Assembly (NCBI GenBank): GCA_965223325.1
Contig: CBDCWI010000002.1
Coordinates: forward strand, 4,288,001 to 4,352,000
Direction: 5' to 3'
Length of the DNA stretch: 64,000 nucleotides
Origin: Candidatus Multivoradales bacterium
GTDB lineage: Bacteria > Acidobacteriota > Thermoanaerobaculia > Multivoradales > Multivoraceae
The position numbers and the translations under genes are program-made. This document shows positions 57,413 to 64,000 of the stretch, one piece after another. Within the stretch, counting starts at the first letter, position 1, and every line of letters begins with the position of its first letter. A model generated the notes under the pieces. That model was given only the letters and a program-made list of their open reading frames with translations, searched no databases and was not told where the DNA came from.

Positions 57413-57443
57413 AGAAGGGGCCCTTGTCGATAGGGCCCCTTCT
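57413..57443 (-). terminator. Terminator after the BlaR1-like gene
   Basis: AGAAGGGGCCCT-N7-AGGGCCCCTTCT 12-bp stem, ending TTCTTT on the minus strand. Confidence 0.65.
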
Positions 57444-57459
57444 CTCCTCCCAACTTTTT

Positions 57460-59673
57460 CTATAGGCCGTCGTCCTCGGCTCGCTGGCGCGCCTCTTCGA
57501 GTGCCTTCAAGGCATCCTCCAGCGCCTTTCGTTCAAGCTCGCGCTGCAGCGCGATTTCCTGGCTGGCCCGCTCGAGGCTCTCCTTCACCTCTTGCCTGAG
57601 CGACTCTCGGGCTGCGGCGTCCATTGCTCGGAACTCCCTTTCCTCGCCTGCGAGTCGTTCCTGGATCTCGCGCCTAGCGTTGGCCATCGCTTCGTCGAGT
57701 TGCTCTCGGCGTGCCTCGTGCTGCTCCTTGAGTTCCCGGCGTTGCGCCTCGAACTGCCGTCTCCGCGCCTCATGCCGGCGCTCGGCCTCGCGCCGAGCCC
57801 GTTGGCCTTCCAGCCGGAGGGCGCGGCTGCGCTCGCGGTCTCGCTGGGCACGGGCTTCCCTGCGTGCGGTATTGCGAAGTCGGTGAGCCGCAGTCGGGTC
57901 GCCGTCGATCAACTCCTCGAGGTCGCCGCGCAGCGATTCCAGGTCTTCGAGCAGGTCCTGGCGTTCATCGGGGGCGAGACTCTGCCCTTCTTCGAGGCGT
58001 TGGCGCAGCTGCGTTTCCATGCGCTCGAGTGCGGCCAGTGCTTCGAAGAGAGCCTTGGGATGGACGACCTCTTCGGGAAGCGGTGGCGCTGCGGCGAGCT
58101 GCGGCAGGAGAGCGGGTAGCGCGGCGACTCGCGGCGGTGGCGGCGAGGCTAGGAACGTTCGCGGGAGCCGCGCGACGCGCTCGCGTGGTTTCCTGGGCTC
58201 GGTGATTGGAACCAGGGCCCCATCTTCACCGACCACCAGTCTGCGAACTCCCAGGTCGCCCGGGCGAACGGGGGTTGGTCCAGGCGGCGATGGGAGTGGG
58301 ACCTCTTGCAGGACGGGAAACGCCGGAACCGGTGCCAGAGCCGGAGTCGGGCGAACGGCCGGTGTGGGGGCGACCCTCGGTGTCCCCGGTACGACGGGCG
58401 TGCGTGCCGTGATCGGCGTCGGGGGGGTGGGCGCTGTCGGTACCGTGGCCGGTGTGCTGAGGGTGGGCGGTGGGGTAGCGGGCACCGCCGGCGACGGGGC
58501 AGTGGGTGCGACGGTGGGCTCCTGCGCGTCTTCTGCTGGCGTGGCCTCCTGCGCTGGAGAACCGCCCGCAGTTGCAGCGACGGGTTCCATGACGGCCAGC
58601 GCAACGAGGCCGGCAGCAAGTGCGAGGGGGAGGAACCAGGCCGCACGCGAGCGGTCGAGTGGCAGCGGGTCGAGAATGCGGTTCATACGGGTCTCCAGTT
58701 GGCTGGGCCGGCCAGGGTTCGTGGGTCGGGGATCGCCCAGAATGGACATGGTGGGTTGGAGGTGTGGGTTGGCCGAGCCGCCTGCCGCGCGAGCCAGCTC
58801 GAGCAGCGTGCGGGCATAGGCGCTCGGCCGGGCGCCACCAGCGATGACGGCCTCATCGGTCGCGCGTTCCTGTTCGAGGTGCAGTTGTTTGAACGACACC
58901 CAGACCAGTGGGTGGAACCACCACAGCGAACACACGATGCGGGCCAGGGTGCGCCAGTACCAGTCGTTGTGGACGACGTGAGTCAGCTCGTGCAGGAGCA
59001 CGACCTCGCGGCGCTCCGCCGACCAGGAATGCGCATCTCGAGGCAGACCGATGGTCGGACGACGGTGTCCCCAGGTGGCGGGCAGCTTGAACTGCTCGCC
59101 CTCGATCAGGTCGACCTCGCGACGGAGTGCCAGGCGCTCGCCAAGGACAGCGAGGCAGCGCAGCCAGCGGGGCTCGACCAGGGCGATGGCGTTTCGGAGA
59201 CGACGGCCGAGCTCGCGATGCGCCGAGAGTTGGCGACCGGCAGTACAGGCGAAACCGGTGAACCAGAGGCTGACCAGCGTCAAGAACAAAACAACCGGTG
59301 CCCGAACCGCGGCGGTACCTTCGCTGGCGCTCGCAACAGGGTTGGACGGTTGAGATGCCAGCGCCGCCGGCGCTCTGAGAGCCGGGGCGGTGGCTACTGC
59401 CCTGGTGACGGTTTCGACCTGGACGATCGTCGCGGTGGACGGTGCTCTGAGGACCGGCAGCTCGACACGCGGTCCGAACAAGTAGAGAGCGGGGAGCGCG
59501 AGCAGCGCGACGAAGCTCCACGCGAGCACTCGGACGCGCCAGCGAGCAGGAGCGCCTCTCAAGGTCCACGTGGCAAGAAGCGTCGCCAGAAGGCATGCGG
59601 TGGCAAGCAGGACAACCTGGGCGATGGGCAGCCCACTCGACTGGGCCAGGAACCGCTGCAGGAGCGTCGTCAT
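57460..59673 (-). CDS. BlaR1/MecR1-type M56 metallopeptidase with Pro/Thr linker and coiled-coil C-terminus
   Basis: TM helices, then LLHELTHV, WWFHPLVW, EQERATDEAV, YARTLL and LETRMNRIL. Confidence 0.92.
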   Translation of the reverse strand: MTTLLQRFLAQSSGLPIAQVVLLATACLLATLLATWTLRGAPARWRVRVLAWSFVALLALPALYLFGPRVELPVLRAPSTATIVQVETVTRAVATAPALRAPAALASQPSNPVASASEGTAAVRAPVVLFLTLVSLWFTGFACTAGRQLSAHRELGRRLRNAIALVEPRWLRCLAVLGERLALRREVDLIEGEQFKLPATWGHRRPTIGLPRDAHSWSAERREVVLLHELTHVVHNDWYWRTLARIVCSLWWFHPLVWVSFKQLHLEQERATDEAVIAGGARPSAYARTLLELARAAGGSANPHLQPTMSILGDPRPTNPGRPSQLETRMNRILDPLPLDRSRAAWFLPLALAAGLVALAVMEPVAATAGGSPAQEATPAEDAQEPTVAPTAPSPAVPATPPPTLSTPATVPTAPTPPTPITARTPVVPGTPRVAPTPAVRPTPALAPVPAFPVLQEVPLPSPPGPTPVRPGDLGVRRLVVGEDGALVPITEPRKPRERVARLPRTFLASPPPPRVAALPALLPQLAAAPPLPEEVVHPKALFEALAALERMETQLRQRLEEGQSLAPDERQDLLEDLESLRGDLEELIDGDPTAAHRLRNTARREARAQRDRERSRALRLEGQRARREAERRHEARRRQFEAQRRELKEQHEARREQLDEAMANARREIQERLAGEEREFRAMDAAARESLRQEVKESLERASQEIALQRELERKALEDALKALEEARQRAEDDGL

Positions 59674-60065
59674 CAGCGACCCTCCCGCCGTGCCTCTTCA
59701 ATGCGCTCGGACAGCCGGTCGTACTCCTCGGGGCTCAGACCGTCTTGCTCGAGGTCGAGCAGTGCGGCAACCGCCTGTTCGGCGGAGCCATCGAAGAACG
59801 TTGCCATCAAGTGCCTGAGCGCTGAGTCGCGCGCCTGATCGGTGGGGACGGTGGCACGGTAGACATAGCGAGGGCCATCGTGCTCATGCTCGAGATGACC
59901 TTTCTCGACCAGGATTCGAAGCAGGGCACGTACGCCCGAGTACGACGGCGGGTTTTCGATCTCATCGCGAATCTCGGCGGCGGTGGCCTGACCGCGTCTC
60001 CAGATGACGTTCATGATCTGACGCTCGCGGCGGCTGAGGGGAGGCGGGGAATCGGTGGGTTTCAT
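59673..60065 (-). CDS. BlaI/MecI/CopY-family repressor
   Basis: Motifs LSRRERQIMNVIW, PPSYSGVRALLRILVEKGH, GPRYVY and TFFDGS. Confidence 0.94.
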   Translation of the reverse strand: MKPTDSPPPLSRRERQIMNVIWRRGQATAAEIRDEIENPPSYSGVRALLRILVEKGHLEHEHDGPRYVYRATVPTDQARDSALRHLMATFFDGSAEQAVAALLDLEQDGLSPEEYDRLSERIEEARREGR

Positions 60066-60120
60066 GGCGAATGTGCTCTTTCAAAGGTGGCGGCTCTCTT
60101 ACCCTCGAGGAGGGTGTGCC

Positions 60121-60147
60121 GGTTTTTTAGCATAGTGCTAGAAAACC
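60121..60147. promoter_or_regulatory. Putative BlaI operator
   Basis: GGTTTTTTAGCA-TAG-TGCTAGAAAACC, an 11/12 inverted repeat about 55 nt upstream of the blaI-like start. Confidence 0.7.
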
Positions 60148-60243
60148 TGCAAGGGGTAGAAGCCTCGGGCGGCGGAACACCGGTTCCGCGATACCATCCC
60201 GCCTCTCGGTGCACCCGCGCGCCGCCAAGGAGCCTCGCCGCCG

Positions 60244-60570
60244 GTGGAAAGACAGGTCGAACAAGAGGTCAGCGCCTACGACACCGTCGAGTGGAAGATC
60301 GGGTGGACGGGCGCTTCCTGGCTGTCCTTTGGCTTTGTGATGTTGTTCTTCTTCGGCATCGGATACCTCTACCGTTGGCGGCCTGACTTCTTCTTTTGGC
60401 TCCGGGCGGTCCTCCTGGTCTTTCCGACCGTGTCGGCTTTCGGAGTCTTTGCTGCCTGGAGAGCGACCAGAGGCCGGAAGGGCGGTCCGACGGCTCGCCT
60501 CGCCGGCCTGGCCAACGCCACGGTCCTCGCCAGCTGCATCCTGGCCCTCCTATGGACGATCGTCCGGTGA
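60244..60570 (+). CDS. Small hypothetical membrane protein (about three TM helices)
   Basis: Three hydrophobic segments, AAGGAG upstream and GTGA overlap with the next gene. Confidence 0.6.
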   Translation: MERQVEQEVSAYDTVEWKIGWTGASWLSFGFVMLFFFGIGYLYRWRPDFFFWLRAVLLVFPTVSAFGVFAAWRATRGRKGGPTARLAGLANATVLASCILALLWTIVR

Positions 60571-61358
60571 AGAACGGGCGTTCTGGCGAACGCCGGCGAC
60601 TGGCGCTGGTGGGCTACGGCAGCTTCGGCCGCTTTGCCGCCCATCACCTGGCCGAGCACTTCCAGGTTCGCGCCTGGGACAGCCAAGCGGTGCGCTGCGA
60701 GCAGGCGGCTTCGGACGGTTTCCTCAGCGACGACGGTGGTCTCGGAAGCCTGGTCTCCGAGAGTGATCTGGTGGTCCCGGCGGTTCCCGTGCAAACGCTC
60801 GCGGCGCTCCTCGAGGAGCTCGAGCCCTACTGGAGTCCAGGAACTCTGGTGGTCGACGTCTCCTCGGTGAAGACCCGACCCATGGAGCAGCTCGACCGCG
60901 CCCTACCTCCGGGTGTCGAGTTCGTTGGAACCCACCCGATGTTCGGTGCACAAAGTGGTCGCGCGGGGATCAGAGGGCTACCGATCGCCGTTTGTGGTGG
61001 GCGCATCGGTGCGCCACGGCTCGAGAGGGTGTGTTCGTTCTTTGCTTCCGACCTCGGTCTCGAGGTCCGGCGCCTCACCGCCGAGGAACACGATCGCGAG
61101 ATGGCTTACGTCCAGGGCCTGACCCATTGGATGGCCCGGGCGTTGCGCTCCCTCGACCTTCCGGACGCGCCGGTCACCACCGTTGCCTACCGTCACATGA
61201 TGCGCATTGAGGAGAACCTGCGCGATGACTCGTGGGAGCTCTTCCGTTCGATCGCTGGCGAGAACCCCTATGCCGCCACGGCGCGAGCCGACCTGCTCGA
61301 GCGTCTCGTGCGTTTGGCCCGGGCGGTCGAGAGCGACGAGGACATCGAGCCCGTTTGA
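60567..61358 (+). CDS. tyrA: Prephenate/arogenate dehydrogenase (TyrA family)
   Basis: Motifs LVGYGSFG, VDVSSVK, GTHPMFG and EEHDREMAYVQGLTH. Confidence 0.85.
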   Translation: MKNGRSGERRRLALVGYGSFGRFAAHHLAEHFQVRAWDSQAVRCEQAASDGFLSDDGGLGSLVSESDLVVPAVPVQTLAALLEELEPYWSPGTLVVDVSSVKTRPMEQLDRALPPGVEFVGTHPMFGAQSGRAGIRGLPIAVCGGRIGAPRLERVCSFFASDLGLEVRRLTAEEHDREMAYVQGLTHWMARALRSLDLPDAPVTTVAYRHMMRIEENLRDDSWELFRSIAGENPYAATARADLLERLVRLARAVESDEDIEPV

Positions 61359-61368
61359 GCCGCCCGCT

Positions 61369-61929
61369 CTAGGCGGCGTGTTGCGAGCGGCGCCGCGAAC
61401 GCTCGTGATCGCGCTCGCTTCTTCCGGGTGCGAGCGCCTGCTCGAGTGCGTGACGCAGCTCGGCGGAACCTTCGAGAACGACCGGTGAACGGACCTCGGA
61501 GCTCCAGTGTTCGATCCGCACGCCGCCGGCGACTGAACCGATGTCGCGCACCGTGCGGAGGGGGATGAAGCCGCGTCCGGCTCCTGGTACGGTCACCTCG
61601 AGGCCTTCGGGCAGCAGTCGCCACTGCAGCGTTTCGTAGTGAATGCTGCCGATCGAACCTTCCACCGAGTTGGCGTGCAGGAGGGCGCGACCGCGGCGGC
61701 GCTGGCGTTGGCGACGGCGGCCGAGAACTGAGCGCCGCGCCGGGAAGGCGAGCAGACTGCGAACGATGTTGATCGCCGGCAGGGCACCAGCGATCACCAA
61801 CAGCCAGAAGGCAGGTTCTAGACGCCCTTCGGGCGCTACAAGCACACCAGCGACGAGAAACAGCCCCCAGGCGATGGCGTAGGTGCGCCACAACCATGCG
61901 TCCAGGGTGCGGATCTGTTGCTGGGTCAT
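61369..61929 (-). CDS. Hypothetical membrane protein
   Basis: GAGGAGG ribosome-binding site before ATG 61929, two TM helices, then a soluble domain. Confidence 0.6.
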   Translation of the reverse strand: MTQQQIRTLDAWLWRTYAIAWGLFLVAGVLVAPEGRLEPAFWLLVIAGALPAINIVRSLLAFPARRSVLGRRRQRQRRRGRALLHANSVEGSIGSIHYETLQWRLLPEGLEVTVPGAGRGFIPLRTVRDIGSVAGGVRIEHWSSEVRSPVVLEGSAELRHALEQALAPGRSERDHERSRRRSQHAA

Positions 61930-62235
61930 TCGGGGCCTCCTCGTATCGTGTCCTGCCGACCTGGTCGGCAAACATGCATCAGTTCGCATGTGTAGAACAT
62001 GAAAAGCAAAAACGGGGCCAACTCTCATGGAGGGTCGCCGCTGGATCGAGGAGGCACCGCAAACCCAACAAACTGGGCGCTCGCTCACACACTTGTGCGC
62101 CCGGCGCACGAGCGGTCGGGCCGAATCGACGCACCTCCCCCGCCATGTCAGGTACATCCTGGTACGCGTCAGGGCCTGTAGCGCAGGTCAGCTTTCGTCG
62201 ATGCGCGAGCTTTTCGAGGTTCGGTTGCGCCGCTC

Positions 62236-63396
62236 TCAGCCCGTCGGGTCTTCAACGGGCGGCAGTGCTCCGGGCGCTCGCGCGATACGCCAGACCCCGA
62301 CGGTGAGGAGGGGCAGGGCGAGAAGCAGCAGGAACCCCCACGAGAGGTAGCCGTAGCCGCGTGCGACCAGGTCGGTGATTCCGAGGCGTGCGAGCACCAT
62401 GGCAGTGGCGAGAATGCCAACGGAGATTGCCGCACGCTGCCAGGGCGAGAGATGCCTCGAGGCTGGGCGCAACGCGGCGGGAAGGTCATCGAGGTTGTGC
62501 TCGATCCGATCGACGACGGCGTGAATCGCGCCGACGGCGGTTTCGAGCAGCGTCCAACCCGCGACCACACCGAACATTGCGATCCAGAGACCGGCGCCGC
62601 CCCTTCCGTTGCCCGCCCACTCGAGCATTGGCAGCCACGGGGCTTCGGCGTCCATGACCTTCGCGTCGGGCCAGAAGCGCATCAAGCAGAGAAAGGTGAG
62701 GGCGAAGGGGATCGTCATCGCAGCCCCGGTGATGAGGCCAGACGACATGGTTTCGGTGCGCTTGTTCTGCCGCCACAGGCAGAACAAGACGGGCGGGAAC
62801 GTCGCCAGGTTGTAGCCCACGTACTGCAGGGCCTTGATCACGATGGCACCGGTCGTTGCCGGGGCCACGGCGGTAGCGGCGTGAGCGGCCGGAGCCGGCG
62901 CAGTGAGAATCAAGATCGCAAAGGAGATCCAGGCGAGGTAGAGCAGAACGCTGCCCAGGGTCTTGAAGCGTTCGATGAAGTGGGTGCCGCGCCACGCCAG
63001 AAGAGCCACCATGAAGAAGGCGACCGCCAGGCCCACCTCGTACGGCATGCCGATCGTCTGCTCGAGAATGCTGCCGATCGCAGCCGCCATCACCGCCATC
63101 ACCAACATCATCATGGCGAGCAGGAGCAGATCGAACAGCGGCCACAGCGGCCCGATCAGGAGGCGCACCCAGGCTTTGTAGTCGTAGGCCCTCCCGACGC
63201 GGGCGAGCTCGAAGCTCAAGATCGCCATTACCGAGAACCCACCGAAGATGACGAAGACCGAAAGCCAACCAGCCGGTCCGTAGCGCGCGGCGTACTCGAC
63301 GATCTCTCGACCGGTCGAATACGCACCACCCATGATCATCGACTGCGCGATGATCGCCGGCAAGAGGAACCTGGAAAAGCGGCTCGGGTCAGACAC
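62236..63396 (-). CDS. YkvI-family membrane protein (putative transporter)
   Basis: Motifs QSMIMGGAYSTGREIVEY, YDYKAWVRLLIG, YVGYNL, TLLETAVG and LVARGYG, with about ten TM segments. GTG 63396 follows GGAG. Confidence 0.8.
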   Translation of the reverse strand: MSDPSRFSRFLLPAIIAQSMIMGGAYSTGREIVEYAARYGPAGWLSVFVIFGGFSVMAILSFELARVGRAYDYKAWVRLLIGPLWPLFDLLLLAMMMLVMAVMAAAIGSILEQTIGMPYEVGLAVAFFMVALLAWRGTHFIERFKTLGSVLLYLAWISFAILILTAPAPAAHAATAVAPATTGAIVIKALQYVGYNLATFPPVLFCLWRQNKRTETMSSGLITGAAMTIPFALTFLCLMRFWPDAKVMDAEAPWLPMLEWAGNGRGGAGLWIAMFGVVAGWTLLETAVGAIHAVVDRIEHNLDDLPAALRPASRHLSPWQRAAISVGILATAMVLARLGITDLVARGYGYLSWGFLLLLALPLLTVGVWRIARAPGALPPVEDPTG

Positions 63397-63467
63397 GCGA
63401 GCTCCGCGGTGCAAGTGAGAAAGGGGAGGTGGCTCGCGGTCCCAGGAAACGATCTTGACCGGGGGTT

Positions 63468-64000
63468 CTACGAGAGCCAGCGCTTACGGCGTTTGTAGTG
63501 CTTGACGTCGCGGTAGGACTTCTTCTTGCCGACCTGGGTGAGCCCGAGGTAGAACTCGCGAACGTCTGCATTGTCGCGTAGCTCGGCAGGCGGGCCTTCG
63601 AGCACCACGCGGCCGCCCTCCATGATGTAGCCGTAGTCGGCAATCTCGAGTGCGCGGGTGGCGTTCTGCTCGACCAGGAGGATCGAAGTGCCCTCTTCCT
63701 GGTTGATGCGTTCGATGATGTGAAAGATCTCCTCGACCAGGAGTGGGGCGAGCCCTAGCGACGGTTCGTCGAGCAGCATGACCTTCGGGCGCGCCATCAT
63801 CGCCCTGCCAATCGCGAGCATCTGCTGCTCGCCACCGGAGAGGTACCCCGCCTGTTGATGGCGCCGCTCGCGCAACTTGGCGAAGAAGTCATAGACCCGC
63901 TCGATGTCGGCGCGCATCAGGGCGGGATCAGAGCGTGTGTAGCCGCCCGCGATCAGGTTCTCTTTGACGGTCAGGTGTTCGAAGACCCGTCGCCCCTCCA
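63468..64000 (-). CDS. livF: Branched-chain-amino-acid-type ABC transporter ATP-binding subunit (LivF-like), 5' end outside the window
   Basis: Motifs EGRRVFEHLTVKENL, LSGGEQQMLAIGRA, LLDEPSLGLAP and LLVEQNA. Confidence 0.9.
   Translation of the reverse strand, partial: EGRRVFEHLTVKENLIAGGYTRSDPALMRADIERVYDFFAKLRERRHQQAGYLSGGEQQMLAIGRAMMARPKVMLLDEPSLGLAPLLVEEIFHIIERINQEEGTSILLVEQNATRALEIADYGYIMEGGRVVLEGPPAELRDNADVREFYLGLTQVGKKKSYRDVKHYKRRKRWLS

Noticed and set aside
54229-59838. Long antisense ORFs (54229-55071 and 58306-59838; likewise 45121-46314 and 47927-49351)
   Set aside because: These are typical high-GC shadow ORFs opposite well-supported genes, with no recognisable motifs.
61930-62235. 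About 300-nt intergenic region, possible ncRNA
   Set aside because: It has only short, weak stems and no recognisable RNA motif or terminator.

Overview
High-GC bacterial chromosomal DNA with no tRNA, rRNA, CRISPR array, transposase, integrase or prophage block that I could see. The gene content (acidobacterial VWA proteins, ADOP permease with PadR, Oar-type TonB receptor, several CRTAC1/ASPIC-UnbV and TPR proteins) points to Acidobacteriota, possibly Thermoanaerobaculia-like; this is inference. From left to right: (1) Entner-Doudoroff genes (zwf, eda, edd) and a beta-glucan/glucoside uptake locus (TBDR, GH3, SSS symporter, glk, LacI), with matching LacI-type operators and a divergent TPR-TPR-CRTAC1-VWA operon. 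(2) PadR/ADOP, an acyl-CoA dehydrogenase and a CRTAC1-TPR fusion. (3) Four secreted proteins carrying three kinds of C-terminal signal: an S74 autocleaving chaperone, an uncharacterised F-x-DGFETG-x-T-x-x-W tail (twice) and IPTL-CTERM. (4) A SigW-like ECF operon with two matching promoters, a probable ATA start and an inserted methyltransferase. (5) A CRTAC1-CRTAC1-TPR operon. (6) An M4 protease with a long structured leader. (7) NUDIX, MBL hydrolase, dipeptidase, BlaI/BlaR1-like genes, TyrA, YkvI and LivF. The best candidates for undescribed systems are the CRTAC1-TPR module (present both fused and split in this window) and the DGFETG-tail surface-protein locus. All family calls come from motif recognition by eye, not database searches.
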